DNA of 48,337 nucleotides from Mageeibacillus sp. UBA1255 (GTDB lineage: Bacteria > Bacillota > Clostridia > UBA1212 > UBA1255). Under the pieces are notes generated by a model that ran no database searches, was not told where the DNA came from, and was given only the letters and a program-made list of their open reading frames with translations. Location: the NCBI GenBank assembly GCA_002308795.1, contig DBVV01000068.1, forward strand, positions 1,076 to 49,412, read 5' to 3'. The position numbers and the translations under genes are program-made. This document shows, in pieces, positions 1 to 8,641 of this stretch; position 1 is the first letter of the stretch; every line of letters starts with the position of its first letter.

Positions 1-389
1 CGGTACATCTGGTTGCGCATGTCGTAGGATATGTGCTGCGCGATCCAGTTGTTCAGATAGTTCTGCCCTACGCCGATCAGGTTCGATCCCAGGTGCAGCG
101 CTAGGGAGATCACGATCAGCCTGATCAGCGCGGCGATGCCGCTGCCGATCCAGCCGCCCATGTCCTTGCCCGTGAGCACGTCCACGATGCTGCCCGTCAG
201 GATCGACGGGAACAGGCTGCACACCGACGCTACCGCTATACAGGCGAGCACCAGCGCCAGCTGCTTCCAGTACGGCCGTATATACGAGAATATCCGCGCG
301 AGCAGCTCCTTTGTGACCTTCGGGGTATTCTTTTTTTCCTCGTCCGTGAGGTAGCTCCCCCTGCCGCCTCTTCCGCCGGGTCCCTGCAT
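1..389 (-). CDS. ABC exporter, N-terminal transmembrane domain (5' part of the gene; continues past the window start)
   Basis: My own reverse-complement translation from the ATG at 389-387, which is preceded by GGAGGAGG. It reads MQGPGGRGGRGSYLTDEEKKNTPKVTKELLARIFSYIRPYWKQLALVLAC...ISYDMRNQMY, a typical N-terminus of MsbA-type ABC exporter membrane domains. The ORF is open to the window edge, so it is missing from the ORF track. Confidence 0.75.
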   Translation of the reverse strand, partial: MQGPGGRGGRGSYLTDEEKKNTPKVTKELLARIFSYIRPYWKQLALVLACIAVASVCSLFPSILTGSIVDVLTGKDMGGWIGSGIAALIRLIVISLALHLGSNLIGVGQNYLNNWIAQHISYDMRNQMY

Positions 390-437
390 GGCCCCTCCTC
401 CTTCCGTCCGTTTCCGCCGTCCCTTTTCACCGCAGCG

Positions 438-1193
438 TCATTCCTTTACCGACCGCATCGCCAGGAACGTGGGGATGTGCAGCTCGTGCAGCCGCCCCGA
501 TCCGTTCGTGTCCTCGTACAGCTCCAGCAGCCTGAAGCCCGCCTCCAGCTGTCCTCCGATCTGCTCCTCCAGCGAATGGGAGAACTGCACCCCGGCGTCC
601 TGCTCCTCGAGCTGCCGCATCTGGTCCTCGTTGGCCAGCGGATCGAAGGGCAGCGAATTGACGATCGCCTTTTCCTCCTCGTCCACTATGTAGTTCACGT
701 AATGGTCCGTGCCCGCTATCAGGCAGCCCCCGCGCCTCAGCACGCGGTGACACTCCCTCCAGATCGGCCGCACCTCCCGCACGTAGCAGTTGGATACGGG
801 ATGGAACACGATATCGAACTCGCCGTCGGAAAAGGGCAGAGGCTTCGTCATATCCGCCCGTACGATGCGGATGGAGTAGCCTTCCCTTTCGCTGACGGCC
901 CGTTCGCTCTCGATCTGCCTGGACGAGTAATCCAGCACCGTGCACTCCGCGCCGAGCGCCGCGAACACCGGCATCTGCTGCCCGCCGCCGCTGGCGAGGC
1001 CCAGCACCTTTTTGCCGCGCAGGTCGCCGAACCAGCGGTGCGGAACGGGCTTTGTGGGGGTCAGGTATATCTCCCATTCGCCCCGTAACGCTTTCAGGTA
1101 CGCCTCGTGCGTGATGGGCTTTCCCCATTCCCAGCCCTCGTCGACCCATTTATCGATGGTCCTGGCGTTGACGTCCTGGTAATCTTCCCGCAT
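438..1193 (-). CDS. Class I SAM-dependent methyltransferase (small-molecule type)
   Basis: 251-aa ORF with the SAM-binding motif VLGLASGGGQQ and, downstream, FDIVFHPVSNCYV...RVLRRGGCL, typical of the Methyltransf_11 fold. It has no DNA-methyltransferase (D/N)PPY motif. Confidence 0.85.
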   Translation of the reverse strand: MREDYQDVNARTIDKWVDEGWEWGKPITHEAYLKALRGEWEIYLTPTKPVPHRWFGDLRGKKVLGLASGGGQQMPVFAALGAECTVLDYSSRQIESERAVSEREGYSIRIVRADMTKPLPFSDGEFDIVFHPVSNCYVREVRPIWRECHRVLRRGGCLIAGTDHYVNYIVDEEEKAIVNSLPFDPLANEDQMRQLEEQDAGVQFSHSLEEQIGGQLEAGFRLLELYEDTNGSGRLHELHIPTFLAMRSVKE

Positions 1194-1302
1194 GACCGCT
1201 CAATCCCTTCCGGCTCGTATTCGCCGCACAAGTGTACCACAAACGCGATAAAAAAATCAATCGCGGAAGAGCCCCGTCCCGCGCCTTCGAACGTCCGTTC
1301 GC

Positions 1303-1330
1303 TTGATTTTCCCGCAGGTTATGGTACAAT
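1303..1330 (+). promoter_or_regulatory. Sigma-70-type promoter for the TerB/ATPase/helicase operon
   Basis: TTGATT (1303-1308), a 16-nt spacer, then the extended -10 TGgTACAAT (1322-1330). It sits in a short AT-rich island inside a GC-rich region, 35 nt upstream of the RBS GGGAGG and the ATG at 1365. Confidence 0.6.
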
Positions 1331-1364
1331 ATAATGGGTGAATGAGCGGACGGGAGGTTGGAGC

Positions 1365-3218
1365 ATGCGCATAACGGAGCTCGCCGAATACGCAAAGGAA
1401 GCGTACGGGATCGAGCACACGGAGGAATGCGCCCGCGTCCCCTGCCGCTGCGTGCTGCGCGACCCCCGCACCGGCAGGCGCGTCGCCTCGCTGATCCGGG
1501 AGCGCGACGGGCGCACCGGGCGCGAGATCGAGCGATGCACGATCCGGTGCGGACGCCCCTCCGCCCTGCTGTGCGAAAAGCCGTACGTCACGCATCCCAT
1601 CCCCGGATACGACATAGACTGGGCGGCCGTGGAATTCACGGACGAGACGGAAAGAAGCGTTGTCGTCCGCCTGTTCGACAGGGCGATGGCGCTTTGCGGG
1701 GATATGTACACGGTGGTACTTGACACCCTCCGCGGCGCACAAGGAGCCTCCTCCTCCGACACGCCCCTTCCGTACTTCGGCAGGGCGAGCGGCATGCCGG
1801 CCCCCACCGTACCCGAGCGCATCGCACAGATGCGCCGCCTGTACGTGTACGGGAGCGAATCCCTGGAGAGCAGGGCCGAGAACTTCCGCCGCCAGGCCGC
1901 GTTCATGAAGGATTACGAGGACGAATACCCGTGGCCGGGCGAATGGACCAGGGCCTATCCCACGTACCACGACCTCACCACGCGCCAGCTGCGCGGATAC
2001 TTCTCCTGGCGCACCCGGGCGAGAAAGGGCGAGTTCCTGCCCATCTCCCCGTCTGCCGCGTATATCTACGTGTTCGAGCTGCTGAACGGGATCGGCGCAG
2101 GCACGCCTTCGGACGCGCTCGAAAAGCTCCTGGCGTTCGAACGCGGCTATGTCGACAAGGGGTACGGCGACGTATGGATGCGCGACAGGCTGCACAGCTG
2201 GATGCTGGCTCTTTCGGTGGTGAACGGACTCCCGCAGGAAGAAGCGCGGGAGTTCGCGGGCAGGGAGCTCACGGAGCAGGACCTGGCGGTCGAAGCGCTC
2301 CGCACCGCGCAGGAGCAGACAGACGAGGCCGTCTACCTGGCGCTCGCCCGTTTCGGAGGTGCGGCGCTTGCCCGCTCCCCCGTGCCGGCGAAGGACATGC
2401 AGCGCTGCGCGCGCCTTTTCGCGTCGGCCTGGAGGCACGCCGCCGCGGAATACGAAAAGGGCGGCCGGGACCTGTTCACGCTCTGCTTTTCCGAGCCTTC
2501 CTTCCGCCCCTGGTATCCGTTCACCGATGCGGTGTACCGCGGCGGGGAGGACAGGCGCGACCGCGTGTACGAGCTCGACCCGGTGCGGACCTACCGCTGC
2601 AGTGGCGGCAGGTGGGAGGTGAGCTCCTACGAGCGGCTCTACTTCGATACGAAGCTCCTCAAGTCCTTCCTGCGGGAGGCCGACCGCGTTTTCAGGCTGT
2701 ACCTGAAGACGGGCCGCCCCCTGAAGCCCGACCGGGAAGCCTCGTGGGCGACTCCCTTCGCGCGGAAGGCCTGCGAGGAGGACACGCTGTACCTGATCGA
2801 GCTTTCGCGGCCCCGCGTCACCATCGACGTATCGCTCCTTGACGGCATCCGGCAGGACGCGCTGGTCACGCAGAGCAGCCTCCTCGTCCCCGAAGAGGAG
2901 GAGCTCGCACTTCCCGGAACCGCGGTTCCCGAGGCAGCCGTGGATCCCGCATCCGCTCCCCGGGCGCCGGATGCCACCGGGACGTGCCTCGCGCTCGAGC
3001 CCGCGTACGAAGCGATCCTGCGGGAACTGCTCCGCGGCGGCGACGCGGCGGGAACGGCGTCCTCCCTGCACGTCATGCCGTCCATCGCGGCGGATGCGAT
3101 CAACGACGCGCTCTACGGCGCGATCGGCGACACGGCCGTCGAATGCGACGGGAACTCCCTCTGCCTGGTACCCGACTACGCGGACGACGTCGCGCGCATA
3201 CTCGGAGGCGAAGAATGA
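1365..3218 (+). CDS. TerB-N / TerB-C domain protein (Shango SngA-like)
   Basis: ORF 1338..3218. I prefer the ATG at 1365 because GGGAGG lies 7 nt upstream. The central segment YPTYHDLTTRQLRGYFSWRTRARKGEFLPISPSAAYIYVFELLNGIG resembles the TerB-N signature. The C-terminal part (VTIDVSLLDGIRQDALVTQSSLL...MPSIAADAINDALYGAIGDTAVE) resembles TerB-C. The stop overlaps the next start (ATGA at 3215-3218). Confidence 0.7.
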   Translation: MRITELAEYAKEAYGIEHTEECARVPCRCVLRDPRTGRRVASLIRERDGRTGREIERCTIRCGRPSALLCEKPYVTHPIPGYDIDWAAVEFTDETERSVVVRLFDRAMALCGDMYTVVLDTLRGAQGASSSDTPLPYFGRASGMPAPTVPERIAQMRRLYVYGSESLESRAENFRRQAAFMKDYEDEYPWPGEWTRAYPTYHDLTTRQLRGYFSWRTRARKGEFLPISPSAAYIYVFELLNGIGAGTPSDALEKLLAFERGYVDKGYGDVWMRDRLHSWMLALSVVNGLPQEEAREFAGRELTEQDLAVEALRTAQEQTDEAVYLALARFGGAALARSPVPAKDMQRCARLFASAWRHAAAEYEKGGRDLFTLCFSEPSFRPWYPFTDAVYRGGEDRRDRVYELDPVRTYRCSGGRWEVSSYERLYFDTKLLKSFLREADRVFRLYLKTGRPLKPDREASWATPFARKACEEDTLYLIELSRPRVTIDVSLLDGIRQDALVTQSSLLVPEEEELALPGTAVPEAAVDPASAPRAPDATGTCLALEPAYEAILRELLRGGDAAGTASSLHVMPSIAADAINDALYGAIGDTAVECDGNSLCLVPDYADDVARILGGEE

Positions 3219-4543
3219 CAGAAAACGTAAAGGTGCCCAAGCGGATATCGCAGGCCGTGCTCAATTCCCTTAAGGGCGGCGTGGTGCCCCGCGTAGGCCT
3301 TCCCTATATCGCCGTGGGCCGCAGGCTCGAGATCGAAGCGCTGCTGCACGACGTGGACGTGATCGCAGAGGGCGGCGCGTCGTTCCGGTTCGTCGTGGGG
3401 CGCTACGGCTCCGGCAAGAGCTTTCTTTTGCAGACCATGCGCAATCACGTGATGGACCGCGGCTTCGTGGTCGCGGACGCCGACCTGTCTCCCGAGCGCC
3501 GCTTCCAGGGAACGCGCGGGCAGGGGCTCGCCACGTACAGGGAGCTGATGGGGAACCTCTCCACCAAGACGAAGCCGGAGGGGGGCGCCCTGCCCCTCGT
3601 GCTGGACAGGTGGATCAACGCGGTGCAGGCGGAGGCGATGAAGGAGACGGGCCTTGCAGCAGGCGATCCCGCGCTCGCGGAGGAGACAGACCGCAGGATC
3701 CGGGCCGTCACCGCCTCCGTCAGCGAACTCGTGCACGGCTTCGAATTCGCAAAGCTCCTGTCCGCCTATTACCGCGCATACCTGAAAAGCGACGACGCGC
3801 TCAAGGCGAACGTGCTGCGCTGGTTCCGCGGCGAATACGCCACGAAGACGGAGGCGAAGGAGGCGCTGGGCGTCGGGATCGTGGTGACGGACGACGACTG
3901 GTACGATTACCTCAAGATCTTTGCGATCTTTTTCTGCATGGCCGGCTACAAGGGGCTCATGGTCATGGTCGACGAGCTGGTCAACCTGTACAAGATCCCG
4001 AACCCGGTCACCCGGCAGTACAACTACGAAAAGCTGCTCGCCATGTACAACGACGCGCTCCAGGGCAAGGCGCGGTACATCGGCTTCATCATGGGCTCCA
4101 CGCCCCAGGCGCTCGAGGATAAGCGGCGCGGCATATACAGCTACGAGGCGCTCCGCTCCCGCCTCACCGACGGGCGCTTCACCGGGCCCGGCGCGAGGGA
4201 CCTGCTGGCGCCCGTGATACGGCTCGAGCCCCTCACCGCGGAAGAGATGCTCGTGCTGTGCGAAAAACTCTCCGCCATGCACGCCGACCTGTACGGCAGC
4301 GAGCGTACGCTCACCTCCGGGGATCTGGCGGTCTTCGTCAAGGCGGAGTACGAAAGGATCGGCGCGGATCTCAACATCACGCCGCGCGAAGTGATCCGCG
4401 ACCTGATCGGGATCCTGGATATCCTATTCCAAAACCCCGGCATGAGCCTCACGGACGTGCTGGGATCGGACAAATTCACCTATTCCGTCTCGGACGAGGT
4501 GCCAAACGCCGCAGATCCCGGCTACGCGGAGTTTACGATATGA
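3215..4543 (+). CDS. P-loop ATPase, DUF2791 / BrxD-like (Shango SngB-like)
   Basis: The in-frame ATG at 3215 (MTENVKVPKR...) lies within ORF 2984..4543. Walker A is VVGRYGSGKSFLLQ and Walker B is GLMVMVDELVNL. The N-terminal GGVVPRVGLPYIAVGR is typical of this family. ATGA overlaps occur at both ends. Confidence 0.75.
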   Translation: MTENVKVPKRISQAVLNSLKGGVVPRVGLPYIAVGRRLEIEALLHDVDVIAEGGASFRFVVGRYGSGKSFLLQTMRNHVMDRGFVVADADLSPERRFQGTRGQGLATYRELMGNLSTKTKPEGGALPLVLDRWINAVQAEAMKETGLAAGDPALAEETDRRIRAVTASVSELVHGFEFAKLLSAYYRAYLKSDDALKANVLRWFRGEYATKTEAKEALGVGIVVTDDDWYDYLKIFAIFFCMAGYKGLMVMVDELVNLYKIPNPVTRQYNYEKLLAMYNDALQGKARYIGFIMGSTPQALEDKRRGIYSYEALRSRLTDGRFTGPGARDLLAPVIRLEPLTAEEMLVLCEKLSAMHADLYGSERTLTSGDLAVFVKAEYERIGADLNITPREVIRDLIGILDILFQNPGMSLTDVLGSDKFTYSVSDEVPNAADPGYAEFTI

Positions 4544-6795
4544 ACGTATTCGAGAGATACGCGCCCTTCATACAGGACTATATCTTCCGCAGCGGCTGGA
4601 GGAGCCTCAGAGCCGTGCAGAACGCCGCGGGAGAGGCGATATTCGGGACGGAGGACAACGTCCTGATCGCCGCATCCACCGCGTCGGGAAAGACCGAGGC
4701 GGCCTTCTTCCCCATCCTGACGCTCCTTTCCGAGGATATGCCCGGGTCCGTCGGCGCGCTTTACATCGCGCCGCTCAAGGCGCTGATCAACGACCAGTTC
4801 GGCCGCCTGAAAGAGCTCTGCGCTGAGGCGGACATACCCGTGACCCGCTGGCACGGCGACGCGCCGCGCACCGGCAAGCGCGCACTCCTCAAAAACCCCT
4901 CCGGCATCCTGCAGATCACGCCGGAATCCCTGGAATCGCTTTTGATCAACCGTTCCATGGAGGTCCCGTCCCTTTTCTGCGGCCTTCGCTTTATCGTGAT
5001 CGACGAGATCCACTCGCTCCTGCGCGGCGACCGGGGGCTTCAGACGTTCTGCCTGATCGAAAGGCTCTGCAGGCTTGCAGGATGCGATCCGAGGCGTATA
5101 GGATTATCTGCCACGATAGGCGATCCTGAGGCTGCGGGGAGATTTCTGGCATCGGGGAGCAATAAAAAAACGGTCATACCGAAGTTTAACGGCGGCAAGG
5201 AAGTCTGGCGGCTGTCAATGGAGCATTTTTTCAATTCTGATCCGCAGGCTTCCGAAGGAAGGGTGCTCCCGTTCCCTACCCCGCCTCAGGAAGAACCGAC
5301 AGATAAAGCTCCCAAGGCTGCCGATCCCGGAATGGGCTATATTTTTGAACATACAAAAGGTAAAAAGTGCCTGATATTTACAAACTCCCGGGAGGAGTGC
5401 GAATCGGTCTGCCAGAACCTCAGACAGTATTGCGAAGCGACGAATCAGCCCGACCGTTTCCTGATACACCACGGTAATCTATCCGCATCATACCGCGAAA
5501 GTGCCGAGGAGGATATGAAGGACGACGATTCTTTAAAATCGGTCTGCGCCACCGCGACGCTGGAACTCGGGATAGACATCGGGAGACTGGAGCGCGCGTT
5601 CCACGTTGACGCCCCGTTCACGGTTTCCGGATTTCTTCAGCGCCTTGGCCGCACCGGCCGCCGCGGAGATCCGTCCGAAATGTGGTTCGTCATGCGAGAG
5701 GAACACCAGGAGGCGCGGGCAATGCTTCCGGACAGCATTCCGTGGTACCTGATACAGGGGATCGCGCTTATACAGCTTTACATTGAAGAGCGTTTCGTGG
5801 AGCCGCCGCGTACCGACAGGCTTCCTTACAGTCTGCTTTACCATCAGACTATGAGCACGCTGGCCTCCTGCGGTGAGATGTCGCCAGGCGAGCTGGCATC
5901 AAAAGTTTTAACGCTGAACTGCTTCAAGCGCATAACGCAGGACGATTACAAGGTGCTTCTCCGACATCTTATAGAGATCGATCATATAAACCGCACAGAA
6001 AACGGAGGCCTGATCATGGGTCTTAGCGGAGAGCGCGTCGTAAATAATTTTAAATTCTACGCTGTTTTTCAGGAAAACGTGGAATATACCGTGCGCGCGG
6101 GATCAGAGCAGCTGGGGACGATCGTTAAGCCGCCTCCGGTCGGTGATAAGATCGCCATAGCGGGGCGTGTATGGGTCGTGGAGGAAGTTGACCATAAGCG
6201 GCACGAACTTTATTGTACGCTCGTTAAGGGCAATATCCCCGCATATTTCGGCGACGTTGCCGGAGACATACATACGCGCATTCTGGAGCGCATGTACCGC
6301 GTACTGAACGAGGACGATATATACCGTTATCTTATGCCTAACGCCGTTTTCAGACTGTCCGACGCGAGGGAAACGTTTGCCCGGTCAGGCATGTCAGGCC
6401 GCCCTATGATCAACCTGGGCGGTAATATGTGGGCGCTCTTCCCCTGGCTCGGCAGTTACGCATTTTTAGCTTTAGAACGGTTTTTAAAGATTCGGTGTGC
6501 AAAGAGGCTCGGATTAAAAGGGCTGAATTCGTCGAGGCCGTACTGGATCCAGTTCACGATGCAGGTAAGCGAAAAAGAGTTTTACGGCATCGTTCGTGAA
6601 GAGGCGGAGAAAGAATTCGATCCGCTTGAACTTGTGTATAAGGATGAGGTCCCGGTATTTGAAAAATATGACGAATTCGTTCCTCCTGAGCTTGTGCGCA
6701 AAGGATTTGCTTACGGCGTGCTGGATGTAGAGGGAATGAAGCAGCGAGTCGTTTCATGGGATCGTAATTATACGGAGGGCGTCCGGAATGATTAA
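4540..6795 (+). CDS. DEAD/DEAH-box SF2 helicase, Lhr / BrxHI-like (Shango SngC-like)
   Basis: The in-frame ATG at 4540 (MNVFERYAPF...) lies within ORF 4258..6795. Helicase motifs: I ASTASGKTEAAF, II VIDEIHS, III GLSATIG, IV LIFTNSREE, V ATLELGIDIG, VI LQRLGRTGRRG. A C-terminal region of about 330 aa has no motif I recognise. Confidence 0.85.
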   Translation: MNVFERYAPFIQDYIFRSGWRSLRAVQNAAGEAIFGTEDNVLIAASTASGKTEAAFFPILTLLSEDMPGSVGALYIAPLKALINDQFGRLKELCAEADIPVTRWHGDAPRTGKRALLKNPSGILQITPESLESLLINRSMEVPSLFCGLRFIVIDEIHSLLRGDRGLQTFCLIERLCRLAGCDPRRIGLSATIGDPEAAGRFLASGSNKKTVIPKFNGGKEVWRLSMEHFFNSDPQASEGRVLPFPTPPQEEPTDKAPKAADPGMGYIFEHTKGKKCLIFTNSREECESVCQNLRQYCEATNQPDRFLIHHGNLSASYRESAEEDMKDDDSLKSVCATATLELGIDIGRLERAFHVDAPFTVSGFLQRLGRTGRRGDPSEMWFVMREEHQEARAMLPDSIPWYLIQGIALIQLYIEERFVEPPRTDRLPYSLLYHQTMSTLASCGEMSPGELASKVLTLNCFKRITQDDYKVLLRHLIEIDHINRTENGGLIMGLSGERVVNNFKFYAVFQENVEYTVRAGSEQLGTIVKPPPVGDKIAIAGRVWVVEEVDHKRHELYCTLVKGNIPAYFGDVAGDIHTRILERMYRVLNEDDIYRYLMPNAVFRLSDARETFARSGMSGRPMINLGGNMWALFPWLGSYAFLALERFLKIRCAKRLGLKGLNSSRPYWIQFTMQVSEKEFYGIVREEAEKEFDPLELVYKDEVPVFEKYDEFVPPELVRKGFAYGVLDVEGMKQRVVSWDRNYTEGVRND

Positions 6796-7891
6796 AAAGC
6801 GAAGAAAGATATCATTCATACTGATTATGGCATTGTCCGCGGCGATTTGTTTTACAGGTTGTTTCGCGAATCGTTCTGCCGTTGATGATTACGGATCGCA
6901 GCCTGAAACCACCGATAATATTGACGTCGTGATCGTCACTCCCCTGCCGAACGGCGCCGGATCTCCGGAGGCCTCTTACCCGGTAAGTGAAACGCCGGAC
7001 GATGCCGCGACCACGCCGGACGAGCTTAACACTCCTGCCGGAACGGAAAACGCGACTGAAATACCGGGCACTAAGACTCCGGACCATAACGTAGTTCTTA
7101 AAGTCGATCCTGAGAAGCTCCACAGCAGAAGCGTGATGCTTAAAAATATCGATACGGGAAAGATAATGTACGAATTATCCGCAAGCACCAGAATATACCC
7201 CGCTTCGCTCACAAAAATGATGACCGGGCTGCTGGCTGCCGAGATGCTCAGCGCGGATAAAAAGTACGAAGTGACACGTGAGGCTATCGAACGGGCGTAC
7301 AGCCTTGGCGCCTCAACCGGTGGTTTTGAACCGGGTGAATACACGGACAAGGACGGCATTTTAGGCGGGATATTGATGTCTTCCGCGGCTGAGTGCAGTT
7401 TCACTGCGGCGATCGAGCTGTGTGGCTCCGAGGAAGCTTTCGTGGAGCTTATGAATAAAAGAGCTCAGGAGCTGGGTATGAGCAACACGCATTTTGTAAA
7501 CTGCACCGGGCTCCACAATGACGATCATTATTCCACAGTCGAAGATCTGATGAAGCTGGCGGAGCATGCGCTTCGGAATCCGGATTACGTCCGGTTTTTC
7601 ACGCTCGATACCTTTAAAGCATACACGGAGCCGTCACGGAAATACCAGCTGACGTTGACAAGCACTGTTTTTTCGGGCCTTGCCAATTACGATTACGGCG
7701 ACGTGGAAATCCTGGGTGGAAAGACCGGGTACACCAGGCAGGCGGGCCTCTGTCTTACTACTTACTCGCTGTACGCGGGCAATCACTATATATTGATCAC
7801 GGCGGACAATGACGGAAACCTGAACACGGATAAGTATCATTTTATTGACGCGGAATACATTTACAGAGTTTTGCAGGAGGAATTACGATGA
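6788..7891 (+). CDS. D-alanyl-D-alanine carboxypeptidase-like (peptidase S11) lipoprotein
   Basis: Signal peptide with the lipobox ICFTGC. SxxK motif ASLTKMM and KTG motif GGKTGYT are present. The SxN position reads SSA, so it may be divergent. The RBS GGAGGG lies inside the helicase 3' end, giving an 8-nt overlap. Confidence 0.75.
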   Translation: MIKKRRKISFILIMALSAAICFTGCFANRSAVDDYGSQPETTDNIDVVIVTPLPNGAGSPEASYPVSETPDDAATTPDELNTPAGTENATEIPGTKTPDHNVVLKVDPEKLHSRSVMLKNIDTGKIMYELSASTRIYPASLTKMMTGLLAAEMLSADKKYEVTREAIERAYSLGASTGGFEPGEYTDKDGILGGILMSSAAECSFTAAIELCGSEEAFVELMNKRAQELGMSNTHFVNCTGLHNDDHYSTVEDLMKLAEHALRNPDYVRFFTLDTFKAYTEPSRKYQLTLTSTVFSGLANYDYGDVEILGGKTGYTRQAGLCLTTYSLYAGNHYILITADNDGNLNTDKYHFIDAEYIYRVLQEELR

Positions 7892-8634
7892 GTGGTAATA
7901 AAGGCAAAGGGAACGTTATTGTCACCGGCGGTGCGACCGGAATCGGTATGGCGTGCGTAAAAGCGTTTGCGAAAAATGGTTACAACGTAGTGATCGGTTT
8001 TAATTCCTCCGGCGAGGCCGCGCGCGCACTCGTTCGTGAGCTGATAGCAGACGGGTCCGGGGCAATTGCGGTGAAGGCTGATGTTTCCCGCCCAGCCGAG
8101 GCTGAAAAGCTTGTTTTAAAATGCATCGAGGTCTTCGGCTTTCCGGATATCCTGGTGAACAATGCCGGTATCGCCCTTCCGCAGAAGCTTATCACCGAGA
8201 CGTCTTTTGACGAGTTTTTGCGTGTTATGAAGGTCAATGCCGGGGGCGCGTTTAATTGTTCTCGTGCGGTGCTTCCCCATATGATCCGGCGTCACTCCGG
8301 TTCCATTGTTAATATTTCTTCTGTCTGGGGCCGTGCCGGCGGTTCATGCGAGGTAGCATACAGCGCGTCTAAAGGGGCGGTCATAAGTTTTACAAAAGCG
8401 CTGGCAAAGGAGGTCGGCCCCTCAGGGATCCGCGTCAATTGCGTTGCTCCCGGCGTCATCGACACAAAAATGAACGCAGCCCTGAGTTCCGACGTTATGG
8501 CGGATCTGGCAGATGCTGCGTCTTTATGCCGCATAGGTAAACCCGAAGAGGTCGCCGATGCTGTTTATTACCTCGCCACCAGCGGCGCTTCGTTCATAAC
8601 CGGAGCGGTACTGGATGTGGACGGAGGGCTTTAA
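7888..8634 (+). CDS. SDR-family oxidoreductase (3-oxoacyl-ACP reductase FabG-like)
   Basis: TGGATGIGMA (TGxxxGxG), NNAG and YSASK (YxxxK) motifs. ATGA overlap with the upstream gene. Confidence 0.85.
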   Translation: MSGNKGKGNVIVTGGATGIGMACVKAFAKNGYNVVIGFNSSGEAARALVRELIADGSGAIAVKADVSRPAEAEKLVLKCIEVFGFPDILVNNAGIALPQKLITETSFDEFLRVMKVNAGGAFNCSRAVLPHMIRRHSGSIVNISSVWGRAGGSCEVAYSASKGAVISFTKALAKEVGPSGIRVNCVAPGVIDTKMNAALSSDVMADLADAASLCRIGKPEEVADAVYYLATSGASFITGAVLDVDGGL

Positions 8635-8641
8635 GAAAGTT

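Noticed and set aside
1365-3218. The TerB-domain protein as part of a tellurite-resistance (ter) operon.
   Set aside because: There are no terZ, terA, terC, terD, terE or TerY/vWA-phosphatase-kinase genes nearby. The partners are an ATPase and a helicase, which fits the DNA-processing or defence context instead.
427-4282. Long antisense or alternative-frame ORFs in the GC-rich block (for example 1257..3071 minus, 604 aa; 3176..4282 minus, 368 aa; 427..1149 minus, 240 aa; 1931..2842 plus, 303 aa).
   Set aside because: Their products are Arg/Ala/Gly/Pro-rich and low in complexity, with no motifs. They lie opposite or out of frame to ORFs with clear family signatures and RBSs. Such shadow ORFs are expected because stop codons are rare in DNA of about 65-70% GC.
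2984-4539. N-terminal extensions of the ATPase (2984-3214) and helicase (4258-4539) ORFs as listed in the ORF track.
   Set aside because: The extensions overlap the preceding genes in another frame and encode Arg-rich nonsense. The internal ATGs at 3215 and 4540 form ATGA stop/start junctions and begin the recognisable domains.
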